From NCBI GenBank assembly GCA_036444495.1, contig JAZGBC010000059.1:1-48212 (forward strand): a stretch of 48,212 bases of DNA, in the 5' to 3' direction. Under the pieces are notes generated by a model. It worked only from the letters and a program-made list of their open reading frames with translations. It was not told where the DNA came from and did not search any database. Made by a program: the position numbers and the translations under genes. This document shows positions 1-9,515 of this stretch, piece by piece. The stretch is from Kiloniellales bacterium (GTDB lineage Bacteria; Pseudomonadota; Alphaproteobacteria; Kiloniellales; J153). Every line of letters begins with the position of its first letter. The stretch's first letter is position 1.

Positions 1-752
1 TTGAGGTCCTTCAGGTTGTCCCAGATGCGCCGGAACGAGACGGTGGCCTTCGACATCAATACCTCACCCTGGCTGGCCTCGATGGTCCACAGCATCTCGC
101 CGATGCCGTAGATGCCGATGGCGAGCACCAGGAAATTGATGCCGTGGTAAAAGCCGGTGAGATCGCCGAAGATCAATCTCGGCTCGCCACTGATGATATC
201 CAGCCCGACGGTACTGAGCACCATGCCGATCAAGATCGAAAACAAGGTCTTCGGAATGTCGTCACCGCCGAGCCCGATAAAAGTGGAGAAAGCCAAAACC
301 ATCAACGCGAAGGTCTCGGGCGGGCCGAAGGCCAAGGCCACTTCGGCGAGCGGCAGCGCGAACAGGGTGAACAGAACCACCGATATGGTGCCGCCCACGA
401 ACGACGCCACCGCCGCCGCCACCAGCGCCTTGTCGGCCTGGCCCTTGAGCGCCAGCGGGCGGCCATCGAAGGTCGTCGCCACCGCGGTCGACGCGCCGGG
501 AATCCCCAGCATGATCGACGAGATGGCGCCGCCATACATGGCGCCGTAATAAATTGCGGCGAGGAAGATGACCGCCGAGGTCGGCGGCACCAGGAAAGTC
601 ATCGGCAACAGAATCGCCACCCCGTTTACCGAACCCAGGCCCGGCATCGCGCCGATGAACAACCCGGCCACCACGCCGGCGACGACCAGCGCCAGGTTGA
701 GAGGTTCGAAAGCGATAACGAAACCGTCGATTAGGAGCCCAAGAACTTCCAT
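1..752 (-). CDS. tctA: Tripartite tricarboxylate transporter large permease TctA (N-terminal part; runs off window start)
   Basis: Absent from the ORF track because it has no stop in the window. My minus-strand translation from the ATG at 752 gives MEVLGLLIDGFVIAFEPLNLALVVAGVVAGLFIGAMPGLGSVNGVAILLPMTF..., a typical TctA N-terminus. In-frame TGA 9 nt upstream. Follows tctC-tctB. Confidence 0.85.
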   Translation of the reverse strand, partial: MEVLGLLIDGFVIAFEPLNLALVVAGVVAGLFIGAMPGLGSVNGVAILLPMTFLVPPTSAVIFLAAIYYGAMYGGAISSIMLGIPGASTAVATTFDGRPLALKGQADKALVAAAVASFVGGTISVVLFTLFALPLAEVALAFGPPETFALMVLAFSTFIGLGGDDIPKTLFSILIGMVLSTVGLDIISGEPRLIFGDLTGFYHGINFLVLAIGIYGIGEMLWTIEASQGEVLMSKATVSFRRIWDNLKDL

Positions 753-852
753 TCGTCGTCAACCTTCAGGTACCGGTCGGGGGAGAATGCGCAACACGCC
801 TTTCCGTTCTCCGGCCCGGTTAGAGGGCTGCACCCGGCGGCCCAGGGAGCTC

Positions 853-1350
853 CTAATAAAAGAAATCGTAAAGCGGATAGAACAGCGGTTCGGTGAAACC
901 CTTGGGGAGGGTCTTCCTCAGGGCGATCTCGAAAAAGAAGAACGCTGCAATCGGCGTACAGAAAGCCAGCGCTCCGGTAATCATCCAACTGTGTCGGCCC
1001 AGGAATCGAATGTAGAAAATAAAGAAAAGGGGTATCGCCCCGTAGACGCCGATAATATGGATCAGGCCGATCATGACCGTCAGCGAACCGGCCACAAGCA
1101 GAAACCACTTGAGCACCTGCCGCGTCATAAAGGGCTCGGTCGACCGTGAAGGCGGGCTTGTCCTGGTAACCCAGCGTACGATCATCCAGAGGCAGCACAG
1201 CAGCATCCCCAAAGACAGCCAGAACGGAAACGCCCCACCGCCCGGACCCTCGTCGGGGATCCAGCCGATGGGGAGTTCCGTACTTTTCCACATCAGGTAC
1301 AGCGAGAAGAGTGCCATGAAGAGCGCCATGACGAACTCGGCAACGCGCAT
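853..1350 (-). CDS. tctB: Tripartite tricarboxylate transporter small subunit TctB
   Basis: 165-aa hydrophobic 4-TM-like protein lying between the TctC-like and TctA-like genes. ATG start. Confidence 0.8.
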   Translation of the reverse strand: MRVAEFVMALFMALFSLYLMWKSTELPIGWIPDEGPGGGAFPFWLSLGMLLCCLWMIVRWVTRTSPPSRSTEPFMTRQVLKWFLLVAGSLTVMIGLIHIIGVYGAIPLFFIFYIRFLGRHSWMITGALAFCTPIAAFFFFEIALRKTLPKGFTEPLFYPLYDFFY

Positions 1351-1397
1351 GGCCGAAGCCCTACCCTATGTTCCCGACGTGTCGGGTTTGTGCCAGG

Positions 1398-2399
1398 CTA
1401 GTCGATCTCGCCCGCCGCCTTCAACATTTGGCGGTGTGCCTCACGCTCGGCAACGAAGTACTCGGTAAGCGCGCTGCCCGTCAACCAGCCGGGGATCAGG
1501 CCCTTCTTATTCAGATACTGCTGCCATTCATCGGACTTGTAGACCTTTTCGAAGACGCTCACGTAGAAGTCCTGAACGTCCTTGTCGATGCCCGCCGGTG
1601 CGATAACGCTGCGTTGCATGTAGTAGACCATGTCCGACCCGTAGCCGAGTTCCTCGAAGGTGGGAATTTCGCCGAAGCGTCCCTTCAGCTTGCCCTTCGG
1701 GGTGAAGCTGGCGAGAGGACGCGACTTTCCGGCCTCCCAAAAACCGGCTTGCTCGGACGGATTGTTGACGGTGGAGTCGATGTGCTTGCCGATCAGTTCC
1801 TTGGCAACCGTGCCGCCGCCCTTGTAGGGCACGTAGGTGACTTTGATGCCGAACTTCTTCTCGAGCATCCCGGTGACCAGGGAATCTTCCTGGCCCTTGC
1901 CGGTGCCACCCATCTTCCAGTTCGCTGCGCCTGCCGCCTTGACCGCGGCGACGTACTCGTCGACGGAAGTGATGCCGGAGTCGGTGGTCACCCACAGCTG
2001 GAACGTGTCCTCGGCCAAACGGGTGATCGGCGTGAACTCGGCAATATCGACACCGAGGCCGGGATTGCGCAGCGGCGTCGTGTAATAGCTGTTGAGCGTC
2101 GCCATGATTACGTGGGGATCGCCCGCGTGGTCCTTCAGATAGCGCAGGGCTTCGGCGCCCGAACCACCACCTTTATTGATCGGCACGAAGGGTTTCGATG
2201 ACAGGTTGTTTTTCTCAATGATGCCTTGGATGAAACGAGCCAGCCTGTCGGCACCACCGCCCTTGCCGGCCATGATGACGAACTCGACGGGCTTCTTCGG
2301 TTCCCAGCCCGCGGCGGCTTCCTTAGCCACCGAGACGAAGCTGAGGGCAACGCCGAGCGCGATGCCTAAACTCAGGATTTTCTTGGACAGCTCTCTCAC
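1398..2399 (-). CDS. tctC: Tripartite tricarboxylate transporter substrate-binding protein (TctC/Bug family)
   Basis: Bug/TctC-like periplasmic binding protein. I place the start at GTG 2399, with GGGAGG 5 nt upstream, giving the signal peptide VRELSKKILSLGIALGVALSFVSVAKEAAA. The track ORF extends to 2477. Confidence 0.85.
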   Translation of the reverse strand: MRELSKKILSLGIALGVALSFVSVAKEAAAGWEPKKPVEFVIMAGKGGGADRLARFIQGIIEKNNLSSKPFVPINKGGGSGAEALRYLKDHAGDPHVIMATLNSYYTTPLRNPGLGVDIAEFTPITRLAEDTFQLWVTTDSGITSVDEYVAAVKAAGAANWKMGGTGKGQEDSLVTGMLEKKFGIKVTYVPYKGGGTVAKELIGKHIDSTVNNPSEQAGFWEAGKSRPLASFTPKGKLKGRFGEIPTFEELGYGSDMVYYMQRSVIAPAGIDKDVQDFYVSVFEKVYKSDEWQQYLNKKGLIPGWLTGSALTEYFVAEREAHRQMLKAAGEID

Positions 2400-2671
2400 A
2401 TTAACCTCCCTAGTGGCCGCGCCACGGACTAGTGGCCGTGCCGTGGATTGTTGGGCGAGACTTATCGCTCCCGCCAAAACGTAATCCCATTATGGCTGAG
2501 GTGAGGGGTCACCCCACAACAGATTATTCGTTTCCGGCGGCGCCATGAACTCAAGAGTTCGTGCGCCGTGTCTGGGATTTTGTATACCAGCCGCACTTTA
2601 GGGGACACGTCCGCGATTGTACAGGGGGCATCGGCCCCAGACTCTCGGCTCCACCCGGCCCATCCGGCCGT

Positions 2672-3241
2672 TCAATCCTCGCCGGCCGGTTCCTCGGCCA
2701 GGCGGTGCCGGGTCATGAGCGGGATCTGCGCCAGCCCGAAAACGAGGGTCAGGCCGAGGATGCCGAAGACCTTGAAGCTCACCCAGACATCGGTCGACTG
2801 GGTGCGCCAAACCGCCTCGTTGAGCCCGGCCATGGCGATGAAAAAGAACGCAAAGCGCAGCGTCAGGCGCCGCCAGCCCGCCTCGTCCATGGCCCAGGCC
2901 GCGCCCAGGAGGGGCTTCAAGAGCGGCCGGCCCAGCGCCAGGCCGCCCAGGAGCACGGCAGCGAAGAGCGCCTGAACGATGGTGGGCTTCAATTTGATGA
3001 AGGTCTCGTCATTCAGCCACAAGGTCAGCCCGCCGAAAATTCCGACCACGACCGCGGTACATAGCGGCAGCCAGGGCACGCGCCGCGCAACCAGGAGCGA
3101 GAGCAGGATCGCCGCCGCCGTGGCCGCGATCAGCGCCGCGGTCGCGCTCATCAGGCCATAGCTCAGATAGGCGATGAAAAACACGGCCAGGGGCCCGTAT
3201 TCGACCGTGGGCTTGAGCCAGCGGGGTTTGCTTTCGGCCAT
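2672..3241 (-). CDS. yciB: Inner-membrane septation protein A family (YciB/IspZ)
   Basis: 189-aa multi-TM protein with N-terminus KPxxLKxxxEYGPLxxFF, typical of the YciB family. Confidence 0.8.
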   Translation of the reverse strand: MAESKPRWLKPTVEYGPLAVFFIAYLSYGLMSATAALIAATAAAILLSLLVARRVPWLPLCTAVVVGIFGGLTLWLNDETFIKLKPTIVQALFAAVLLGGLALGRPLLKPLLGAAWAMDEAGWRRLTLRFAFFFIAMAGLNEAVWRTQSTDVWVSFKVFGILGLTLVFGLAQIPLMTRHRLAEEPAGED

Positions 3242-3443
3242 GGGTCTCCTCGCGGCCCCGGAAAAAGACCAGGCAACGGCGCGCGGGGGGCCTTGCCGCC
3301 CTGACCCTAGCGCACGGGGCCTTGCTGCCCGGACCCTATCCCAGGGCCCTACCCCGCGTCACGGCCCAGGTTGCCCTTGGGCCCGGGCCAACGGTCCTGC
3401 TAATCTATGGCTCAAGAAACGAGGGACAGGGAGAGGACAGGGA

Positions 3444-5129
3444 GTGTCCAGTCAAGCAGTCTTAAACATCAAGCCGCGCGGGAGCCGCGCGCGGGGCCTC
3501 CGCGTCCTGGGCTGCGCCGCCGCGCTCAGCCTCGCGCTCGCCGCTCAGGCGTTCGCCGCCGGGCCGCGGGAGGTGGTCGGCTTTGCGGATAGCGATCGCG
3601 GCGGAGCCTCGAAGACCTGGGAGCTCCCCTTGGGACAACCCTATCTCTACGTGCCCTTTGTCGGTGACGACCTGGGGGGCGCGGTCAAGGCGCTCGACGT
3701 GGGCCCGGACCTGGGGGTGGCGCTGTTCCAGCGCGCCTTCTTCGCCTCGCGGGACGTGGGCTGCACGCCGGCCCTGGGCACCGACGCCCATCCGGAGCTC
3801 GAGTGGCTGGGCGCGACGGCGCGCTTCGAGCCCGGCTCGGGGCGCGAGGCGGGCGACGCCGCCGAGGTCCATCCCAAGACCGGCGGCTACAGCTCGCTCA
3901 TCATCTATCAGAAGACCCTGGGCCCGCCGCCCGGGCTTCTGCTGCTCGACCGGCGGCGGCGGAGCGGTTTCGGCTGCCGCAACGCCCTGCACAAGACCTT
4001 CTTCAACCGGCTCTTCGTGCCCGTGGCCGCCCCGCCCGCGGCGCGGCGCTGCTTCGACCTCGCCGGCGCCTACCGGGTCGAGGGCTCGGAGCAGAAGGTC
4101 CTGCAGTTCAATTTCAGCGACCGCTTCGTACTGCTTCAGCCCCAGGACCTGAGCGAACGCTACGCAGGTGTCGCGCACCGCTTCACGGTTTCGCTGTTCG
4201 ATGACCTGGGTTGCCGCGGCCAGGGCCTGAGCTTCAAATCCGCCGCCGTGACCAGCCGGGGCGTCCGTCTCGATTCCTACGAGTTCCGGGACCGGGCCCG
4301 CTCGGTGCTGATCTCTTACGAGAGCGGGGCGCTCTCGCCCTACCTCAAGATTGTCCCGCCGGCAGCACCGGCCATCGCCGAGGCCGCCCCGCCCGCGCCC
4401 AAGCCCGAGCCCCAGACCGCGGCGGCCGAGACCGCGCCGCCCGCACCCGAGCCCGAGCCCCAGACCGCGGCGGCCGAGACCGCGCCGCCCGCACCCGAGC
4501 CCAAGCCCCAGACCGCGGCGGCCGAGACCGCGCCCGAGCCGCCTGTGGCAAAGCCCATTCAGCCCGCCGCGCCGCCCGAGACCGCTGCGGCCGAACCCGC
4601 GGCCCCTCGGCCAAAGGTCGCCCCGCCCGGACAGCCCGAAGCGGAGATCATCTGGGCCGAGCCCGCCAAGGGCGCGCCCGCCCAGCCCGAAGCCGCCACG
4701 GTCCAGGAGGCCAAGGCCGTGCCTACGCCAGCGGCGAGCCCCGAACCCCCAGCGGCCAAGGCAAAGATCTTCGAGCCGGCACCGGCCAAGACCGAGCCCG
4801 CCCCCGGCCAGATTCAGCTGGCCATGCCCAAGCTGGAGCCCAAGGTGGTGCCCGAGGTTAAGCCGGGCACGAGCGCTTCGGTGGCGAGCCAGACCTTCAT
4901 CTTCCCGGTGCACGAGATCTACCGGCTCAATTTCTGCTTCAACTGGGACAAGGATTGCGGCGAGCCCGCGGCCCAGGCCTGGTGCAAGGTGCGCGGCTTC
5001 AACCGGGCCGCGGCCTGGACCGTGGACGAGAACATCGGCTCGCTCTTTCCCACCATCGTCCTGGGGGAGAACCGGGTCTGCGCCAAGTTCGTCTGCGACG
5101 GATTCCAGGAAATCACCTGCGCCAAGTAG
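3444..5129 (+). CDS. Secreted protein of unknown function: N-terminal globular region, proline-rich tandem repeats, six-cysteine C-terminal module
   Basis: In frame with track ORF 3174..5129. GTG at 3444 follows GAGAGGA and yields the signal peptide VSSQAVLNIKPRGSRARGLRVLGCAAALSLALAAQAFAAGP. APPAPEPEPQTAAAET repeats. C-terminus is CFNWDKDCGEPAAQAWC...CAKFVCDGFQEITC. Confidence 0.7.
   Translation: MSSQAVLNIKPRGSRARGLRVLGCAAALSLALAAQAFAAGPREVVGFADSDRGGASKTWELPLGQPYLYVPFVGDDLGGAVKALDVGPDLGVALFQRAFFASRDVGCTPALGTDAHPELEWLGATARFEPGSGREAGDAAEVHPKTGGYSSLIIYQKTLGPPPGLLLLDRRRRSGFGCRNALHKTFFNRLFVPVAAPPAARRCFDLAGAYRVEGSEQKVLQFNFSDRFVLLQPQDLSERYAGVAHRFTVSLFDDLGCRGQGLSFKSAAVTSRGVRLDSYEFRDRARSVLISYESGALSPYLKIVPPAAPAIAEAAPPAPKPEPQTAAAETAPPAPEPEPQTAAAETAPPAPEPKPQTAAAETAPEPPVAKPIQPAAPPETAAAEPAAPRPKVAPPGQPEAEIIWAEPAKGAPAQPEAATVQEAKAVPTPAASPEPPAAKAKIFEPAPAKTEPAPGQIQLAMPKLEPKVVPEVKPGTSASVASQTFIFPVHEIYRLNFCFNWDKDCGEPAAQAWCKVRGFNRAAAWTVDENIGSLFPTIVLGENRVCAKFVCDGFQEITCAK
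4386..4529 (+). repeat. 3 x 48-bp in-frame tandem repeat (APPAP[K/E]PEPQTAAAET)
   Basis: Units at 4386-4433, 4434-4481 and 4482-4529 are near-identical at DNA level. A partial fourth unit follows. Confidence 0.9.
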
Positions 5130-5328
5130 TTGCACGGCCACCCCCCCGACTCGTCTTGATTCTGGCCAAGGCACTGAAACGCCCGGCAGATACGGGCACC
5201 CCGGCCACAACCAGGCCGATTGCATCAAATTCGAGACGAATATTGCCTTGGCGCGCTTAACCCTTTGGCAAGTGTGGCTGGGCGAAAATGCCTAATCGTA
5301 TCAAGAAGATCAACCAGGGAGCACAGGA

Positions 5329-5748
5329 GTGTCACAAGCCTCAAACCCCGCCATCGAGCAGCAGGGACTTATCAAGACCGACTTCAACCCGGCGCCGGCC
5401 TCACAGGCCCGGGAGGCAGATAGTTCGACCGACGCCTTTCTCGAACACTATTTCAAGCGCATAAACCCCGAGACCGCCGCCAGTTTCACCGGAGAGCAAC
5501 GCGATGCGATCAAAGCCATGTTCGGCGCGCGCGGCATCGCCAAGCACTCGCTCGAGCTACGGCGCTCGGTTCCCTTCGGCAAGCGGCGCTTTTATCTGGT
5601 CTTCCTGATGGGACCGGAACGGCGTGCCTTCTCGCGCCTCTACAGCCAGGGAGCCATCTCCAAGCCCTTCAACGCGCTGTTTTATATCGGGCTCGGGGCG
5701 CTCTGCCTGGCGCCGGTTCTTCTGCTGCTCTACGGCTCGTACTTCTAA
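5329..5748 (+). CDS. Hypothetical membrane protein
   Basis: 139-aa ORF with GTG start after GGGAGCACAGGA and a hydrophobic C-terminal segment FYIGLGALCLAPVLLLLYGSYF. No family recognised. Confidence 0.5.
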   Translation: MSQASNPAIEQQGLIKTDFNPAPASQAREADSSTDAFLEHYFKRINPETAASFTGEQRDAIKAMFGARGIAKHSLELRRSVPFGKRRFYLVFLMGPERRAFSRLYSQGAISKPFNALFYIGLGALCLAPVLLLLYGSYF

Positions 5749-5796
5749 AGCCCGCCATCTATCACGGCGTTTTACGGCCCTCCCGGGATCGGGCGG

Positions 5797-7287
5797 CTAG
5801 CCCGAGAGCTTGCGGATCGTCTCGGAGGTCGAATGGCCGGGCGTGAGTTCGGCCAGCAGCACCCGGCCGCCGTGGGCTTTCACGATATCGGCGCCCACCA
5901 CCTGATCCTCGCGATAATCCGCGCCCTTGATCAGTACATCGGGCTTCAAGGCCTCGATCAGCTTGATGGGGGTTTCCTCGGAAAAGACCACCACCAGGTC
6001 CACGCTGGCGAGCGAGGCCAGCACCGCGGCGCGCGCGGCCTCGGCCTGCACAGGCCGCCCCGCACCCTTGAGGCGCTGGACCGAGGCGTCGCTGTTGAGC
6101 CCCACGATCAGATAGTCGCAAGCGCCCCGCGCCTGCTCGAAGAGCGAGATGTGACCCGGATGCAGCAGGTCGAAACAGCCGTTGGTGAAGCCCACCACCA
6201 GTCCGGCCTCGCGCCAGCGCGCCGCCTGCGCGACCACCGTCTCGAAATCCACCACCTTGGCCTCGGCCGCCATCAGGTCCGAGGCAAGCAGCGACCGGCG
6301 CAACTCGTCCCGGCCCACCACGGCGGTGCCCAGCTTGCCCACCACGATACCCGCCGCCGCATTGGCCAGACGCGCCGAATCCTCGAGCCCGATGCCAGCG
6401 GCCAAGCCCGCCGCCAGCACCGCGGCCACCGTATCCCCGGCGCCGGAGACATCGTAGACCTCCCGCCCGGAGGCTGGAATATGCCAGGTATCCACTGTGC
6501 TCCGATCGGCCCGAGTGGCGACCAGGGTCATACCCCGTTCGCTACGCGTGGCGAGCACCGCCGCCACCCCGGCGTCCTCGATAAGCGCCCGGGCCGCGGC
6601 GACCACTTCGTCATCCTCGCCCGTGGGCAGGCCGGTGGCCTCGGCGAGCTCGCGCCGGTTCGGCGTGACCAGGCTCGCGCCCCGGTAAAGGCCGTAGTCA
6701 CGGCCCTTGGGATCGACCACGACCGGGCAGCCGGCCTCCCCGGCCGCCGCAATCAGCGCGCGGATCGTTACGTCGTCGAGCACACCCTTGCCGTAGTCGG
6801 AGAGCACCAAGGCCCCCACGGGTTTCTCGCCGTCCAGGAGCCGGGCACAGACGGCCTCCAGGACCTGTCCCGCCACGTCGGGCGCCAGCGCCCCACGCGT
6901 CTCGCGGTCGGCACGCAGGAGCTGCTGGCCGGCGGCGATGTAACGTTCCTTGATGGTGGTCGGGCGGTTGGGCGCCTGAATCAGCCCGTCCTCCGCGCCC
7001 GGCAGATCGCCCGCCAACTCGGCCAGACGGGCGCCGGCAGCATCCTCGCCAATGACGGCGACGAGAGCCCCGGCCACCCCGAGGGCGGAGAGGTTGCGCA
7101 GCACGTTGCCGGCCCCGCCCAGCATGACCGCCTCGCGCTCCACCCGGAGCACCGGGACCGGACCCTCGGGGGAGACCCGGTCCACCGCCCCGTAGACGAA
7201 GCGGTCGAGCATGACATCGCCCACGATCAGCACCCGGGCCTGGGCGAGAGCCTCCAGCCGGGCCGCCAGGTCCGCGCCATCGGTCAT
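5797..7287 (-). CDS. hldE: Bifunctional D-beta-D-heptose 7-phosphate kinase / D-beta-D-heptose 1-phosphate adenylyltransferase
   Basis: Ribokinase-like N-domain (VLIVGDVMLDRFVYG) plus cytidylyltransferase C-domain (GFTNGCFDLLHPGH). ATG 7287 has GGAGG 10 nt upstream. An alternative GTG start lies at 7314. Confidence 0.9.
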   Translation of the reverse strand: MTDGADLAARLEALAQARVLIVGDVMLDRFVYGAVDRVSPEGPVPVLRVEREAVMLGGAGNVLRNLSALGVAGALVAVIGEDAAGARLAELAGDLPGAEDGLIQAPNRPTTIKERYIAAGQQLLRADRETRGALAPDVAGQVLEAVCARLLDGEKPVGALVLSDYGKGVLDDVTIRALIAAAGEAGCPVVVDPKGRDYGLYRGASLVTPNRRELAEATGLPTGEDDEVVAAARALIEDAGVAAVLATRSERGMTLVATRADRSTVDTWHIPASGREVYDVSGAGDTVAAVLAAGLAAGIGLEDSARLANAAAGIVVGKLGTAVVGRDELRRSLLASDLMAAEAKVVDFETVVAQAARWREAGLVVGFTNGCFDLLHPGHISLFEQARGACDYLIVGLNSDASVQRLKGAGRPVQAEAARAAVLASLASVDLVVVFSEETPIKLIEALKPDVLIKGADYREDQVVGADIVKAHGGRVLLAELTPGHSTSETIRKLSG

Positions 7288-7324
7288 TCCGTCAGAGCCT
7301 CCATGCCTATCCACCGCCCAGCCA

Positions 7325-7912
7325 TCATACCAGTCCCAGCTCCTGCTCCAGCGCCCCGCAGAGCATCTGTCCCAGAGTAATGTGCATTTCCTGGATCCGC
7401 GCGGTGCTTTCGGAAGGCACGATCAGGAGCGGATCGGCCAGGCCCTTGAGATCGCCGCCGTCCCGCCCGGCGAGCGCCGCCGCCACGAGCCCCAGCTCGC
7501 GGGCGGCTTCGAGCCCCAGGATCACGTTGCGGCTCTTACCCGAGGTGGTGATCCCCAGGGCCACGTCCCCCGGCTTCCCCAGCGCCCTGATCTGGCGGGC
7601 GAAGAGCTGGTCGAAACCCAGGTCATTGCCGATGGCGGTGAGTGCCGAGCTGTCCGTGGTCAGCGCCAGGCCCGCGATAGGCGCCCGGTCGCTCAGGTAG
7701 CGCACGCTGAGTTCGGTGGCCAAGTGCTGGGCGTCGGCCGCGCTGCCGCCATTGCCGAAAAAGAGGATCTTGCCGCCCGCCTCCAGCGCCCGGGCCGAGA
7801 CCTGGACCAGGCGCGCGAAGGGTCCGGCCAGGGCCTCGCCCACCGCCGCCGCGACGGCGGCGTGCTCCGCCATCTCGGCATGGAAATAGCCGTCCAGATC
7901 GATCCCGCCCAA
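7325..7912 (-). CDS. gmhA: D-sedoheptulose 7-phosphate isomerase (SIS domain)
   Basis: Motif FFGNGGSAADAQHLATEL and SIS-domain layout. Immediately upstream of hldE. TTG start at 7912, so the start is uncertain. Confidence 0.85.
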   Translation of the reverse strand: MGGIDLDGYFHAEMAEHAAVAAAVGEALAGPFARLVQVSARALEAGGKILFFGNGGSAADAQHLATELSVRYLSDRAPIAGLALTTDSSALTAIGNDLGFDQLFARQIRALGKPGDVALGITTSGKSRNVILGLEAARELGLVAAALAGRDGGDLKGLADPLLIVPSESTARIQEMHITLGQMLCGALEQELGLV

Positions 7913-8176
7913 GGCCTTGAGCCCCCCTGCGCTTTGTCCGCCGCTTCGCCTAGTCTACCCACCCGGAGGGCGCAAGCGAAATTCCTCTGGAAGAAGGTCC
8001 TCGGGAGCCTGGCGGATCGCGCCCGGAGCCGGGAAATGAACCGCTTTTCCCATGCCGTGAGGGCAGGGCTCCCACGGGCGGCATGCATGGTGATTCTGCT
8101 TGCAATTTGCCCTGAGATTCAGCATATCGGGCCGCCCAGACGTATCTGGTCATCTGCTGCTTGGGGAGGACGGGTG

Positions 8177-8665
8177 ATGCCAAAAACGCAGGCCCTCTTT
8201 CGATTGGGGATGGACTTGGATCTCGAGCCAAGAACAGCCCACAGAGAAGTCTCCACGGGAGTCTACAAACCCGCGGAGGACGGCGACGAGCGCAAGGATT
8301 TCTTCGTCGAACGCGACGGCGTGCGCTACGCCGGCACCCACTTGATCGTCGACCTGTGGGAGGCCGAGCGCCTGGACGACATGGAGCAAATCGAAGAAAC
8401 CCTGAGGGAGTGCGTCGCGGCGGCGGGCGCTACCCTGCTGCACATCCATCTGCACCACTTCACGCCGAACGCGGGCGTCTCCGGGGTGGCGGTGCTGGCC
8501 GAGTCCCACATAAGCGTCCACACCTGGCCGGAGTTGGGCTATGCGGCCTTCGACGTCTTCATGTGCGGCGACACCAAGCCGCAGGCGGCGGTCGAGGTGC
8601 TGCGCGAAGCCTTCAAACCGGCGCGCCTGGCGGTCACGGAACACCTGCGAGGCCGGATCACGTGA
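8177..8665 (+). CDS. speH: S-adenosylmethionine decarboxylase proenzyme (SpeH type)
   Basis: Self-processing motif AESHISVHTWPE. ATG 8177 follows GGGGAGGA. It is the C-terminal in-frame part of track ORF 7211..8665. Confidence 0.85.
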   Translation: MPKTQALFRLGMDLDLEPRTAHREVSTGVYKPAEDGDERKDFFVERDGVRYAGTHLIVDLWEAERLDDMEQIEETLRECVAAAGATLLHIHLHHFTPNAGVSGVAVLAESHISVHTWPELGYAAFDVFMCGDTKPQAAVEVLREAFKPARLAVTEHLRGRIT

Positions 8666-9510
8666 CCCGTTGGGTCGAGGAAACCCTGCACGGGGATTTC
8701 CGCATCCGGCTCAAGGCCTCGAACGTTCTCTACGACAGCCGGACCGAGTATCAGCGCATCGTGATCTTCGAGAACCCCTCCTTCGGGCGGGTGATGACGC
8801 TCGACGGCGTCGTGCAGACCACCGAAGGCGACGAGTTCATCTATCACGAGATGCTCGCCCACCTGCCGATCCTGGCCCACGGCTCGGCGCGCCGGGTACT
8901 GATCATCGGCGGCGGCGACGGCGGCATGCTGGAGGAGGTGCTCAAGCACCGCGCCATCGAGCAGGCCACCATGGTTGAGATCGACCCCGGCGTCATCGAG
9001 CTTGCCAAGACATATCTCGGTTCGATCTGCGGCAAGGCCTTCGAGGACCCGCGCACCGATCTGGTGATCGCCGACGGCGTGGACTTCGTCGCCAACTGCC
9101 AGGAGCGCTTCGACGTCATGATCGTGGACTCGACCGACCCCATCGGCCCGGGCGAGGTGCTGTTCACCCGGAACTTCTACGAGAGCTGCAAGGCCTGCCT
9201 GGCGCCGGGTGGCATCCTGGTGACGCAGAACGGGGTACCCTTCCTGCAGCGCGAGGAGCTGTCGCAGACGCTCGGCATCTTCAAGGCCATCTTCACCGAC
9301 GCCGCCTGTTATCTGGCGACCGTGCCCACCTACGTGGGCGGGCCCATGGCCTTTGGCTGGGGCACGGACAACGCCGAGCTGCGGCGGGCGGCGGTCGAGA
9401 CCCTGAGCGCCCGCCTCGAGGCGGCGGAGATCGAGACGAGATACTACACGCCCGAGGTGCACCTCCGCGCCTTCGCGCTGCCGGGCTATATCGCGGAGAT
9501 GATCGCCTAG
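8662..9510 (+). CDS. speE: Spermidine synthase
   Basis: Motifs LIIGGGDGG and IVDSTDPIGP. GTG 8662 overlaps the speH stop (GTGA). In frame with track ORF 8161..9510. Confidence 0.9.
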   Translation: MTRWVEETLHGDFRIRLKASNVLYDSRTEYQRIVIFENPSFGRVMTLDGVVQTTEGDEFIYHEMLAHLPILAHGSARRVLIIGGGDGGMLEEVLKHRAIEQATMVEIDPGVIELAKTYLGSICGKAFEDPRTDLVIADGVDFVANCQERFDVMIVDSTDPIGPGEVLFTRNFYESCKACLAPGGILVTQNGVPFLQREELSQTLGIFKAIFTDAACYLATVPTYVGGPMAFGWGTDNAELRRAAVETLSARLEAAEIETRYYTPEVHLRAFALPGYIAEMIA

Positions 9511-9515
9511 CTAAT

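Noticed and set aside
3174-3443. Upstream 90 codons of track ORF 3174..5129, which overlap the yciB start region.
   Set aside because: A convincing signal peptide begins only at GTG 3444, which has an upstream purine-rich RBS. The upstream part is low-complexity (Gly/Arg/Pro) and overlaps the divergent yciB 5' end.
4386-4529. Tandem repeats (48 bp x3 here; 9 bp x3 at 42463-42490) considered as possible CRISPR arrays.
   Set aside because: The units are contiguous with no unique spacers. The first set is in frame inside a CDS and the second is operator-sized. No cas genes are present.
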